The notes beneath the pieces are model-generated. The model had not been told where the DNA came from, did not search any database, and saw only the letters and a list, made by a program, of their open reading frames with translations. DNA of 64,000 nt from an uncultured Oscillospiraceae bacterium (GTDB taxonomy: Bacteria > Bacillota > Clostridia > Peptostreptococcales > Anaerovoracaceae), in contig CAZAZF010000006.1 in NCBI GenBank assembly GCA_964489555.1, positions 42,592-106,591 on the forward strand, written 5' to 3'. The position numbers and the translations under genes are program-made. Below, one piece after another: positions 21,108 through 30,507 of this stretch. Numbering within the stretch: position 1 is the stretch's first letter; each line of letters opens with the position of its first letter.

Positions 21108-22736
21108 ATGAAAAAAAATGTGAAGATTCTCCTCACCCTGCTTTTGGTCATGTCTTTGATATTCATACCAACAGGTTGCGGGGGAGGTTCGGATCAAACC
21201 GAGGGTGTCAGTACCTTTCGAATCGGGTCCAGTGCAGCCTTTGACACCATGAATCCCTTATCGTCCTATATGCAAGTGACTTATGAATTCTTTTTGCTGA
21301 TTTATGATTCTTTGGTTCAATATGACGAAGATTATGAGCCGGGCCCCTGTCTGGCCAAAGATTGGTCTGTGAGCCAAGATGAATTGGAGTGGACCTTTCA
21401 TTTGCAAGAAGGTGTAGTTTGGCATGACGGGGAACCCTTTACCTCGGAAGATGTGAAATTTACTTATGAGTTGATGTTGGAAACCGGCCTGGGATATATG
21501 TACAGTTCCTATTTAGAGGGAATTGTAGATATCCAGTGCCCCGATGAGCTCACGGTGGTAATCACCACCGATGCACCAAAGGCTAATATGCTTCAAAATA
21601 CGACTCCCATTCTTCCAGCCCACATTTTCGGCGAGATTCCGGAAGAAGAGTTGGAGCTTTGGGCCAATGAACCCCCCGTTGGCACCGGGCCTTACAAGTT
21701 TCATTCCAAGGGAGACAATTTTGTTAAAATTGTCAAGAACCAGCAATACTTCGGGACCCTACCCTATGTGGACGAATTTGTGTATGTGAATTATGACAAT
21801 CTGGATGCCATGGCCCAGTCGTTGAAGCTGGGAGAAATTGATGGAGCCAGCAATTTGAATCCGGCTCAGTTGAAGCAGCTGGTGGATGATCCAAACATCG
21901 ATGCCATTTCCGGAAGGGAACTGGGCTTTATGCAGGTTGGAATCAACTGTTGGACCGCTTCTGAAAGTGGGGGAAATCCCCTTTTGTTGGATAAAACTAT
22001 TCGCCAAGCCATGGATCTTGCCATCAACAAACAAAAAATCGTGGACATGGCCTATGGAGGGCAGGGTACAGTTGGAACCACATTGATTAACCCGGGAGAT
22101 TTTTTCCATTATAAGCCTACTGCCGACGAATTAAGGAATTACAATCCGGATCAAGCCATGGCTTTATTAGAAGGAGCCGGATATGAAGACAGAAACGGGG
22201 ATGGCGTAAGAGAGGCCCCGAATGGAGCGCTTTTGGAGTTTGAGTTCATTACCATTGCGGACAATGTAGAAGAAGTGAAAAGCGGCCAGTTGATTGCTGC
22301 TGATCTCAGCGCGGTGGGGATTTCTGTAAAGAATGTAACCATGGATAGCGGGGCTTTGTATGACCGGATTATAGAGGGAAGCTATGACATGTTTATTTGG
22401 GGGTGGGGCTCTGATGTAGATCCCACTGTAATTTTGGGCGTGTTGACCACGGATCAAATTGGCGGAAACAACGAACCCTTCTTTTCCAATTCACGCTATG
22501 ATCAGCTGTATTTGGATCAACAACGGGAAATGGAGGAGGATCTAAGGCAGGAAATGGTATTTGAGATGCAACGGATTGTTTATGAAGAAGCTCCTTATCT
22601 GATTTTGATTTACTCCAACAACATTCAGGCCATCCGCTCCGATCGGTGGACGGGTTATCGACAAATTCCCGATGGCGGAACTTATTTCTTTAATTTGACC
22701 AATTTGAACTACAAGAGTATTCGGCCTATCGATTAA
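21108..22736 (+). CDS. Peptide/nickel ABC transporter substrate-binding lipoprotein (family 5, Opp/Dpp/MppA-like)
   Basis: Signal peptide ending PTGCGGG. 542 aa. Family-5 SBP patterns (AKDWSVS...W.FHL..GV.WHDG.PFT..DV). Confidence 0.85.
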   Translation: MKKNVKILLTLLLVMSLIFIPTGCGGGSDQTEGVSTFRIGSSAAFDTMNPLSSYMQVTYEFFLLIYDSLVQYDEDYEPGPCLAKDWSVSQDELEWTFHLQEGVVWHDGEPFTSEDVKFTYELMLETGLGYMYSSYLEGIVDIQCPDELTVVITTDAPKANMLQNTTPILPAHIFGEIPEEELELWANEPPVGTGPYKFHSKGDNFVKIVKNQQYFGTLPYVDEFVYVNYDNLDAMAQSLKLGEIDGASNLNPAQLKQLVDDPNIDAISGRELGFMQVGINCWTASESGGNPLLLDKTIRQAMDLAINKQKIVDMAYGGQGTVGTTLINPGDFFHYKPTADELRNYNPDQAMALLEGAGYEDRNGDGVREAPNGALLEFEFITIADNVEEVKSGQLIAADLSAVGISVKNVTMDSGALYDRIIEGSYDMFIWGWGSDVDPTVILGVLTTDQIGGNNEPFFSNSRYDQLYLDQQREMEEDLRQEMVFEMQRIVYEEAPYLILIYSNNIQAIRSDRWTGYRQIPDGGTYFFNLTNLNYKSIRPID

Positions 22737-22753
22737 AGAGGGAGAACGGATGA

Positions 22754-23722
22754 ATGCATAAGGGATTAGTGATTAAGAAACTATTTTATGCGCTGGTTAC
22801 CATTCTGGTAGTATTGGTATTTAACTACCTGTTGTTTCGAGTGTTGCCCGGAGACCCGCTGGCCATGATGATGCGGAATCCCCGGGCGACGCCGGAAATG
22901 ATCGACAGTGTGAGGCAGCTTTACGGACTAGACCAATCCTGGTATGTTCAGTTTTTTACTTATTTCAAAAATTTGTTGGAAGGAGATTTGGGGATTTCCT
23001 TCATATACAAAGCGCCGGTGAGTCAGGTGGTGGTGGCACGAATCCTCCCCACCCTATTATTGGTGGGAGTGGCGGAAATCATTGCCATTTTGGTCGGAAT
23101 TTTTCTTGGGGTATTGGCGGCGTGGAAAAGAGGAACCTCTTTGGATGTGGGAACTCTGGGATTCTCCTTGGTAACCTACTCCATTCCCACTTTTTGGCTG
23201 GGAATGATTATGATGGTGATTTTCTGTGTGGGACTGCAGCTGTTTCCTACCAGTGGCATGTTTACTCCCGGGAAAAGTTTTGTTACCACGGGGGCCATGT
23301 TGGCGGACTTGGCCCGCCACTCTGTGCTGCCGATTTTGACCATGAGTTTGGTGTTGATTGGAGAATATGCCTTGACTATGCGCAATACCCTGATGGATGT
23401 GTTGTCGGAAGACTATATTACTACGGCTCGGGCCAAGGGATTTCGGGAACGTGTGGTTCTATGGAAGCATGCACTGCCCAATGCCTTGCTTCCCATGATT
23501 ACCATTATAGCTATTAACATCGGCTTTGTGGTAGCCGGCGCCATTCAAGTGGAAACCATTTTTTCCTGGCCCGGTTTAGGGCGACTGATGTATGAAGCTT
23601 TGAGTGCCCGAGACTATCCTTTACTCCAGGGAATATTTTTGTTGGTAACGGTTAGTGTGGTTTTGGCCAACCTATTGGCAGACATCACCTACTCTTATAT
23701 AGACCCCAGGGTTAAGAATTAG
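22754..23722 (+). CDS. Peptide ABC transporter permease (OppB/DppB type)
   Basis: Polytopic. YITTARAKGFRE...ALPNALLP is the EAA loop of the OppB family. Confidence 0.88.
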   Translation: MHKGLVIKKLFYALVTILVVLVFNYLLFRVLPGDPLAMMMRNPRATPEMIDSVRQLYGLDQSWYVQFFTYFKNLLEGDLGISFIYKAPVSQVVVARILPTLLLVGVAEIIAILVGIFLGVLAAWKRGTSLDVGTLGFSLVTYSIPTFWLGMIMMVIFCVGLQLFPTSGMFTPGKSFVTTGAMLADLARHSVLPILTMSLVLIGEYALTMRNTLMDVLSEDYITTARAKGFRERVVLWKHALPNALLPMITIIAINIGFVVAGAIQVETIFSWPGLGRLMYEALSARDYPLLQGIFLLVTVSVVLANLLADITYSYIDPRVKN

Positions 23723-23737
23723 AGAGGAGAGAACCCG

Positions 23738-24607
23738 ATGAAGTGGAAAATGCGACATAAGAAGGGACGACTCTTCTTTCATGCGGTGCGAACCAACCCA
23801 ATGGCTTTGGTGGGAGCTACGACCCTTTCCTTCTTCATAGTTTTGGCTATTTTTGGTCCTATGCTGGTCCCCTTTTCCACTATGGAGTTCGGAGGAGTGG
23901 AGCAGATTCTGAATTCCCCTTCCAGAGAGCATCTTTTGGGCACCGATGATATGGGAAGGGATGTATTGGCCAATTTGATTTCCGGGGCCAGAATTTCTTT
24001 GTTGATTGGAGGCCTTGCTACATTGATTTCCATGGTAATCGGGACGCTTATTGGAATTGTCTCCGGATATTTTGGAAAAGGAATCGACAATGCGTTGATG
24101 CGATTTACGGACTTTTTTATGGTGATTCCCTGGTTGCCTCTTATGATGGTACTGGCTGCAATCTTGGGCACCAGCATTTGGAACATTATTTTCGTTATTG
24201 GAATTACCGGTTGGGCAGGTACCGCAAGAGTGGTTCGGTCCCAAACTCTTTCGGTAAAGGAGCGGCCCTTTGTGGAAAGGACTCTTTCACTTGGAGCCGG
24301 TAGCGGTCATATCATGGCCCATCATATTTTACCCAATGTGTTTCCCTTGGTTTTTGCCAACACCGTATTGGTGGCTGCCGTGGCCATTGTTTCGGAAACC
24401 ACTTTAAGTTTTTTGGGGCTGGGAGATCCTACCACCGCCAGCTGGGGAATGATGTTGCATTATGCCTTTGAAAGCGGTGCCACCAGCGCCGGGGCTTGGT
24501 GGTATTATTTGCCACCGGGCATCTGTGTGGTCCTGGTGGTGCTTTCTTTTACCCTGCTGGGATATGCCTTTGATGAAATTCTCAATCCGAAGTTGCGAAA
24601 GAGGTAA
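23738..24607 (+). CDS. Peptide ABC transporter permease (OppC/DppC type)
   Basis: HLLGTDDMGRDVL N-terminal motif, FVERTLSLGAGSGHIMAHHILPN EAA loop. Confidence 0.88.
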   Translation: MKWKMRHKKGRLFFHAVRTNPMALVGATTLSFFIVLAIFGPMLVPFSTMEFGGVEQILNSPSREHLLGTDDMGRDVLANLISGARISLLIGGLATLISMVIGTLIGIVSGYFGKGIDNALMRFTDFFMVIPWLPLMMVLAAILGTSIWNIIFVIGITGWAGTARVVRSQTLSVKERPFVERTLSLGAGSGHIMAHHILPNVFPLVFANTVLVAAVAIVSETTLSFLGLGDPTTASWGMMLHYAFESGATSAGAWWYYLPPGICVVLVVLSFTLLGYAFDEILNPKLRKR

Positions 24608-24611
24608 TGAG

Positions 24612-25568
24612 ATGTTGTTGGAAGTGAAAAATTTACGCACTTGTTTTGATACAGTGCAAGGGGAATATAAAGCAGTGGATGACGCCAGTTTCCAGTTGGA
24701 TTATGGGGAAGCCTTGGGCTTGGTAGGAGAGTCGGGATGCGGTAAGACCACTTGTGCTCTTTCTATTGCCAGATTGTTGCCCAAGGAAGGCCGGGTGGCG
24801 GGAGGAGAAATTCTTCTGGAAGGAACGGATCTTCTGAAAATATCTGAAGAGGAGCTTCGCAAAAAAAGATGGAAGGAAGTGTCCATTATTTTTCAAGGAG
24901 CCATGAATGCGTTGAATCCGGTAATGAAAGTGGGAGAGCAAATTGCGGAAGCCATTGTATTGCATGAAAAGAAAAGCCAGAAAGAAGCTTTGGAGCGGGC
25001 AGAACAACTATTTGAGCTGGTGGAAATGCCCAAAAGCCGTATTCACAATTATCCCCACGAATTTAGTGGAGGGATGAAACAACGGGCCATGATTGCCATG
25101 GCACTTGCCCTCAATCCCAAGGTGGTCATTGGGGACGAACCTACCACCGCGCTGGATGTGATGGTGCAGGCTCAGATTTTAAACTTGTTGGAAAAGCTTC
25201 GGAAAGAACTCAATATGGGATTGATTCTCATTACCCATGACCTTTCCATTTTAGGAGAAACCTGTGATAAAATTGCAGTGATGTATGGTGGCAAAATTGT
25301 AGAGAGTGGAACGGTAGAAGATCTTTTTCAAAACACGGCACATCCTTACACGGAGCGGTTGATTTCTTGTTTTCCGAATATTGGAAAGGAAAGAACCATT
25401 CCTCCCGGGATTCAGGGGACGCCTCCCAATATGCTGGCTCCGCCCAAAGGATGTCACTTTCATCCTCGTTGCCACCGGGCTATCCAGCGATGCAATTGGG
25501 ATGAACCCAAGCCGATGAAGGTAGGAGATACTCACTACGCTTCTTGCCATTTGTGTGGAGGACAATGA
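24612..25568 (+). CDS. Peptide ABC transporter ATP-binding protein (OppD type)
   Basis: ATG 24612 ([12 protein letters not shown]). [22 protein letters not shown]-terminal Cys/His oligopeptide tail. The upstream part of the listed ORF overlaps the permease. Confidence 0.9.
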   Translation: MLLEVKNLRTCFDTVQGEYKAVDDASFQLDYGEALGLVGESGCGKTTCALSIARLLPKEGRVAGGEILLEGTDLLKISEEELRKKRWKEVSIIFQGAMNALNPVMKVGEQIAEAIVLHEKKSQKEALERAEQLFELVEMPKSRIHNYPHEFSGGMKQRAMIAMALALNPKVVIGDEPTTALDVMVQAQILNLLEKLRKELNMGLILITHDLSILGETCDKIAVMYGGKIVESGTVEDLFQNTAHPYTERLISCFPNIGKERTIPPGIQGTPPNMLAPPKGCHFHPRCHRAIQRCNWDEPKPMKVGDTHYASCHLCGGQ

Positions 25569-26572
25569 TGGATGCAAATGTGATTATAGAAGCCAAAGAC
25601 TTAAAGGTTCATTTTGAGCTGAAAAAAAGCATAATGGGGGATTTGTTGGGCAAAGACCATCGTCTTCTTCGGGCTGTGGACGGAGTGTCCTTTCAAGTCC
25701 GAAAAGGGGAAATACTATCCCTGGTGGGAGAGAGCGGCTGTGGAAAAACCACCACGGGCAAAGCGTTGCTTGGCTTAGTGAAACCTACAGAGGGCGCTGT
25801 GTTTTTCAGGGGGCAAGAGATTAAAGAGTACGATAGAAAGGGCATGAAGCAGTTCCGCAGGAAGGCTCAAATGATTTTTCAAGATCCCTATCAGTCCGTG
25901 AATCCAAGAGATCGGGTCATGGATATTGTGGCAGAACCCTTGGATATTCATCGTTTGGTTCGGTCAGAAGGGGAGCGACAGGAAAAAGTGGCACAGGCCC
26001 TTGAACTGGCCGGCATGATTCCGCCACAGGATTTTTTTGAAAGGTTTCCTCACGAATTAAGTGGAGGACAACGCCAACGTGTGGTTATCGCCAGTTCCAT
26101 CATATTGGAGCCGGATTTTTTAGTGGCAGATGAACCGGTGTCCATGTTGGATGCCTCTATTCGAACGGAAATTTTAAGCTTGATGTTGGATCTTCGCGGG
26201 AAGAGAGGGTTGTCCTATTTGTTCATAACCCATGACTTATCCTTGGCTTGGCTGATTTCCCATCGAATCGCCATCATGTATTTGGGGAAAATTATGGAAA
26301 TAGGTGGTGCAGACCAGCTAATTCATCGAGGTGTTCACCCGTATACCCGAGCGTTGACCTCCGTGATGCCTCTTCCCGGAGTTCGCAAGGAAGGCCCTCG
26401 GCCCATTCTTCCCGGAGAGATTCCAAGTCCCATGGAAGAACTGGCGGGATGTAAGTTTTCTGGTAGATGTCCCCGGGCAGAAAAACTTTGCCAGCAAGAG
26501 TGCCCGCAACTGATGGAGGCGGAAGCAGATCATTATGTAGCATGTCACTTTGCAGAGGAGTTCATGGCATGA
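25565..26572 (+). CDS. Peptide ABC transporter ATP-binding protein (OppF type)
   Basis: ATGA overlap with oppD-like. [32 protein letters not shown]. Confidence 0.9.
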   Translation: MMDANVIIEAKDLKVHFELKKSIMGDLLGKDHRLLRAVDGVSFQVRKGEILSLVGESGCGKTTTGKALLGLVKPTEGAVFFRGQEIKEYDRKGMKQFRRKAQMIFQDPYQSVNPRDRVMDIVAEPLDIHRLVRSEGERQEKVAQALELAGMIPPQDFFERFPHELSGGQRQRVVIASSIILEPDFLVADEPVSMLDASIRTEILSLMLDLRGKRGLSYLFITHDLSLAWLISHRIAIMYLGKIMEIGGADQLIHRGVHPYTRALTSVMPLPGVRKEGPRPILPGEIPSPMEELAGCKFSGRCPRAEKLCQQECPQLMEAEADHYVACHFAEEFMA

Positions 26573-27762
26573 CAAGAGAGTGGACGGAGGAAATTGAAAA
26601 AGTAGATGTGGCGGGAATTGCTTCGCAGATGGTAAAAATTCCAAGCGATTCATTTCGAGATCATCAAGAAGAGGAAGTGGCTTTTTTTGTTCATCATCTT
26701 TTTCGGCAAGAAGGAATTTCCAGCAAATTGGTAGAGGTAATCCCGGGTCGATATAATGTAGTGGCGAAAATTCCCGGCAAGGGAGGGGGTAAATCTCTTT
26801 TGCTGACGGGGCATTTGGACACGGTGCCTCCTTATGATATGGAAGACCCCTTTTCGGGAGAAATTCACGACGGCGTTCTTTACGGAAGAGGGTCTTGTGA
26901 TATGAAAGGTCCCTTGGCTGCTATGATTGCGGCGATGATGGGAATTCACCGGGCAAAGATCGCCTTGGAAGGCGACCTGATTTTTGTAGGTCTTATTGAT
27001 GAGGAAGAAAAGGGCAAAGGGGTGGAATATTTGATTCAAAATGGACCTTGGGCGGACGCAGTGATTAATGGGGAGCCCACCAATTTAAAGCCGGCCATCG
27101 GCCATAAAGGGCTGGAATGGATGGTGGTAAAGATAAGAGGGAAAACGGTTCATGGTGGCAAGATGGAAGAGGGAATCAATGCCATCATGATGGCGGCGCG
27201 ATTCTTGAATCGGATTCAAGAGGAGTATATGCCTGCACTTCAAGAAAGAAGGCATCCGGTTTTAGGGGTTCCCACCATCAATGTAGGAAAAATACAGGGA
27301 GGAGACCAACCCAGTACGGTGCCGGGAAGTTGTAGAATGGAAATTGACCGTAGGTGGGTTCCGGCGGAAAACCGGGAGCAAGTCTATCAGGAGTTGAAAG
27401 CTATTTTGAAGGCATTAGAGGAAGAGGATTCTGCTTTCCATGGTGAGTTGTTGGAAATGTTTACTCCAGGGGAATTGCTGGCTCACCCTCCTTTTTACAC
27501 AGACCCAAAAGACCCCTTGGTTTTGGCCGCCCAGGAAGCCTTGGAGCAAGAAGGAGTTTCTCCCGGTGGAGTCACCGTTTTTCCTGCTTGGAGTGATGCG
27601 GGAACCATGGCGGCTTTCACTTCGATGAAGTGCATAGTGTTGGGCCCCGGCGACCTAGCTTTGGCCCATTCCGGAAAAGAATCCATCCCAGTGGAGGAAC
27701 TGCGTAAAGCAGCCAAAGTTTATGGCCGATTGGCCTGTTTGTATTGTGGTGTAGCAAAATGA
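26569..27762 (+). CDS. M20-family deacylase/peptidase (ArgE/DapE-like)
   Basis: ATGA overlap with the preceding gene. HLDTVPP, GRGSCDMKG and DEEEKG metal motifs. Confidence 0.8.
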   Translation: MTREWTEEIEKVDVAGIASQMVKIPSDSFRDHQEEEVAFFVHHLFRQEGISSKLVEVIPGRYNVVAKIPGKGGGKSLLLTGHLDTVPPYDMEDPFSGEIHDGVLYGRGSCDMKGPLAAMIAAMMGIHRAKIALEGDLIFVGLIDEEEKGKGVEYLIQNGPWADAVINGEPTNLKPAIGHKGLEWMVVKIRGKTVHGGKMEEGINAIMMAARFLNRIQEEYMPALQERRHPVLGVPTINVGKIQGGDQPSTVPGSCRMEIDRRWVPAENREQVYQELKAILKALEEEDSAFHGELLEMFTPGELLAHPPFYTDPKDPLVLAAQEALEQEGVSPGGVTVFPAWSDAGTMAAFTSMKCIVLGPGDLALAHSGKESIPVEELRKAAKVYGRLACLYCGVAK

Positions 27763-29090
27763 TGATTAAGGAAGCATTGGACCGTTGGGTGGAAGGACAA
27801 CAGCAGGGGCTGATTGCTGAAATAAAAAGCTTACTAGCTTATGAAAGCATTACGGGCCGAACTGAAGAAAACAAGGCTTGTTTGGAAGCCTTCTTGGCTT
27901 TAGCGAGAGAGCAAGGGTTTGCTACAGAGATGACCCGTGAAAAGGATCTGGGGATTGTTGAAATGGGAGAGGGCCCAGAAACTCTTGGTATTCTGGTGCA
28001 TTTGGATGTGGTGGATGTTGGGGATGTTACGAAATGGAAGCACCCCCCTTTCCAAGGAACGGTAGAGGATGGGTTTCTTTGGGGCCGAGGAACGGTGGAT
28101 GATAAAGGGCCCGCCATCATGAGTCTTTTTGCCATGAAGGCGGTGAAAGAGCTGAAACTTCCTTTCCGGCGAAAAGTATGGCTTTTGGTGGGCACTTCTG
28201 AAGAAGTAGAATGGACAGATATTGGCCATTTCAAGCAGCAGTTTCCCTTGCCGGATTTTGGCTATTCCCCGGATGGGGAATTCCCGATTTTCTATGCAGA
28301 AAAAGGATATGCCGATGTGGAAATTCTTTTTCCGGGAGATGGGAAGGGAGATATCCTGAAGTTGGAGTGTGGAGACAGTAACAATACGGTTCCTTCCAAA
28401 GCCAGCATAGAAACCCGGCAAGGAGGATCGTTGGTCAGCCAAGGACATTCTGTACACAGTTCCACTCCGCAGGGGGGGGAGAATGCATTGGTAAAATTAT
28501 GCCAATGTATAAAAGACCACCCCTTGCCGGACTTTGCCCGATTCGTCCGTGACTGTTTCACCGATGATAGTTACGGTGGAGCCCTTGGTATCGATGACGG
28601 ATCCCATGAATGGAAGGGAGAACTTTTGGGAAAAACCACGGCAGTGCCTACCAGGGCAACCCTGGAGAAAAAAGGAGTTTTGCTGGTGGTCAATATAAGA
28701 CAACGGGTTGGTACTACCCGGGAGCAAATTGAGAAAGCCTTTCAATTGCTTCAAGATCAGTACAGATTTCGATTTCGGATTACATCCTATATGGATGGAA
28801 TGCGGGTGGATCAAGGAGAACCTTTTCTTAAAGCCATGGTGAGCGTGCATCAACAGTATGATGTCCCTTGGGAATTTCTGTCGGCTCCCGGCACTTCTTA
28901 TGCCAAGGCCATGGAGCGGATGGTATCTTGGGGACCGGTGTTTCCTGAAGATCCCTCTTGTGCTCATCAGGAAAACGAAAAAATTCGCATTTCCTCTATG
29001 CTGTTGGCTACGAAAATGTATGCGCGCTACATTCAACAAATGACAATCTTTGAAGGAGAAGAACATGAATGGACATCGACCCAAAGATAA
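27759..29090 (+). CDS. M20-family dipeptidase (second PepV/Sapep-like paralog)
   Basis: ATGA overlap. HLDVVDVG, GRGTVDDKGP and SEEVEW. Similar layout to the pepV at 7659. Confidence 0.8.
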   Translation: MMIKEALDRWVEGQQQGLIAEIKSLLAYESITGRTEENKACLEAFLALAREQGFATEMTREKDLGIVEMGEGPETLGILVHLDVVDVGDVTKWKHPPFQGTVEDGFLWGRGTVDDKGPAIMSLFAMKAVKELKLPFRRKVWLLVGTSEEVEWTDIGHFKQQFPLPDFGYSPDGEFPIFYAEKGYADVEILFPGDGKGDILKLECGDSNNTVPSKASIETRQGGSLVSQGHSVHSSTPQGGENALVKLCQCIKDHPLPDFARFVRDCFTDDSYGGALGIDDGSHEWKGELLGKTTAVPTRATLEKKGVLLVVNIRQRVGTTREQIEKAFQLLQDQYRFRFRITSYMDGMRVDQGEPFLKAMVSVHQQYDVPWEFLSAPGTSYAKAMERMVSWGPVFPEDPSCAHQENEKIRISSMLLATKMYARYIQQMTIFEGEEHEWTSTQR

Positions 29091-29838
29091 AAATCAAATG
29101 ACCAGTTTGGAAAAGGGGCTTTATCTCCTATCTCTTATGGCAGAAGAACCCTATCGGATGACGGTGACAGAGTTGGTGAGGGAATCTGGGCTAAATCGTA
29201 CCACCGTGTATCGAATACTAACCACCCTAGAAGAAAGGGGCTTATTAATTCGAGATGGCAACAACAAGGCATATCGCATGGGACCCATGACCTATCATAT
29301 GGGCAATGTATATTTGCTGAATGCAAATTACAAGGAAAGCCTTTTGAATATATTGGAGAAAATCGGTCGGGAATCTTCGGAGTCTGTTGGGATGGCTCAT
29401 CGGGAAGGAAATCAGGTGGTTTCCATGTTTTCAATAGAAACACATCAGCCGGTGAAAGTGAACGATCGCCCCGGGGTGTTTTATCCCATGAACAAAGGGA
29501 GTTACGGGAAGTGTTTGATGGCCTATCATGACCCACAGATTGTGGAGGAACTCTTGGATCAAGCCACTTTTGAAAAGACAGCACCCAACACATTAACAAA
29601 AAAAGAAGAGATTCTGAAAGAGTATGCAAGGATTAAAGCACAAGGTTTTGTGGAAAGCATTGAAGAAACGGTACCCTATGTAATTGGAGTGGGTGTGCCA
29701 TTGAAGAGTCCGGATGGCCAAATAGAAAATGTGGTAGCCATTTCTTTTTTTAAGCAAGAGGGGTACCGGGAGAAGCTGGAAGAAATGAAAAAAATCCTGT
29801 TCCGATATCAGCGGGAGCTGGAGATGTACCTGTATTAG
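29065..29838 (+). CDS. IclR-family transcriptional regulator
   Basis: AAGGAG RBS plus ATG 29065. HTH MTVTELVRESGLNRTTVYRILTTLEERGLL followed by an IclR effector domain. Overlaps the end of the M20 gene. Confidence 0.85.
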   Translation: MNGHRPKDKNQMTSLEKGLYLLSLMAEEPYRMTVTELVRESGLNRTTVYRILTTLEERGLLIRDGNNKAYRMGPMTYHMGNVYLLNANYKESLLNILEKIGRESSESVGMAHREGNQVVSMFSIETHQPVKVNDRPGVFYPMNKGSYGKCLMAYHDPQIVEELLDQATFEKTAPNTLTKKEEILKEYARIKAQGFVESIEETVPYVIGVGVPLKSPDGQIENVVAISFFKQEGYREKLEEMKKILFRYQRELEMYLY

Positions 29839-29870
29839 AGGGAAATGGTCAAAGAAGGAAAGAGAAAAAA

Positions 29871-30248
29871 CTATTTCGGCTCATGGTTCTGAAAGATTTT
29901 CGCGATGGAGGTAAGTTTATCCCGGTCTTGAGGAGACATACTGTAGATTTGTTGAAACAGCCGGGCATCCTCTTCTCCTACCACACTGTTGTAAAACTCA
30001 TTGGGAAAGTCACTTCTTCCCACCAGATAGTCCAGGGAGATGTGGAAACAATCGGCAAGCTGAATGAGCACTTCCAGGGGGGGAGTGGTTTTCCCCGTTT
30101 CATAGCTGGCAATGGCTTCTCTTGTGCTATTGATTTGGCGTGCAAGGCCCTCTTGGGTCAGACCTTGTTGGCTTCGAAGAAGTCGAAGCCTTTCGATCAT
30201 TTTTGATACCATGGGTATGCTCACTTCTCCTGATGCCAGTAACTTCAT
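29871..30248 (-). CDS. XRE-family (HTH_3) transcriptional regulator
   Basis: QQGLTQEGLARQINSTREAIASYETGKTTPPLEVLIQLADCFHISLDYLVG. The true start may be an internal Met (30212 or 30200), since no RBS is seen for 30248. Confidence 0.8.
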   Translation of the reverse strand: MKLLASGEVSIPMVSKMIERLRLLRSQQGLTQEGLARQINSTREAIASYETGKTTPPLEVLIQLADCFHISLDYLVGRSDFPNEFYNSVVGEEDARLFQQIYSMSPQDRDKLTSIAKIFQNHEPK

Positions 30249-30311
30249 TGTTCAATTTTAGTTGAATACGGGTCGGAATTCTAGAAATGTTACAATAAAT
30301 AACGAAAATCG

Positions 30312-30340
30312 TTGACATGTGATTTTAAATCACATAGGAT
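30312..30340 (+). promoter_or_regulatory. Promoter with embedded 19-bp palindromic operator
   Basis: TTGACA-N17-TAGGAT. The spacer is filled by ATGTGATTT-T-AAATCACAT (30317-30335, perfect 9+1+9 palindrome). Sits in the divergent XRE / vanY-like intergenic region. Confidence 0.5.
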
Positions 30341-30350
30341 GAATTTACAA

Positions 30351-30417
30351 AGTACCTCTGAACACCCTCGATTCTGCTCATGGTAACCACCTGGCAGAGT
30401 TCGGGGGTACTTTTTTC
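30351..30417 (+). ncRNA. Candidate small structured RNA or leader ending in an intrinsic terminator
   Basis: AGTACCTCTGAAC (30351-30363) pairs with GTTCGGGGGTACT (30399-30411; two G-U pairs) and encloses an inner TCTGC/GCAGA helix. Followed by T6. Lies about 10 nt downstream of the promoter above and upstream of a second promoter. Confidence 0.3.
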
Positions 30418-30448
30418 AGTTCCTTCCATGTAATATAGGAGGCTTTCC

Positions 30449-30477
30449 TTGAAACCTCGGGGTAAACATACTATAAT
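30449..30477 (+). promoter_or_regulatory. Sigma-A promoter of the vanY-like/guaB/guaA genes
   Basis: TTGAAA-N17-TATAAT, 30 nt upstream of the TTG start at 30508. Confidence 0.55.
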
Positions 30478-30507
30478 GAAGTAATCTTTTCCGGAAAGGA
30501 GTTTAAC

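Noticed and set aside
24462-24611. 5' extensions of listed ORFs (24462, 26467, 10313, 10893, 11573, 12582, 9323, 14597, 34326, 42729, 44859, 55916, 58643, 53360)
   Set aside because: The extensions overlap the preceding gene in another frame, or they cover riboswitch, promoter or leader sequence. Internal Met/GTG codons with good RBS and canonical family N-termini were chosen instead.
30340-30507. Purine, ZTP or PRPP riboswitch upstream of the vanY-guaB-guaA genes
   Set aside because: None of the conserved cores is present: no purine three-way junction with the U/C discriminator, no ZTP GGGUCGUGACUGGCG...CCGCCUGGGC. Only a generic hairpin-terminator is visible.
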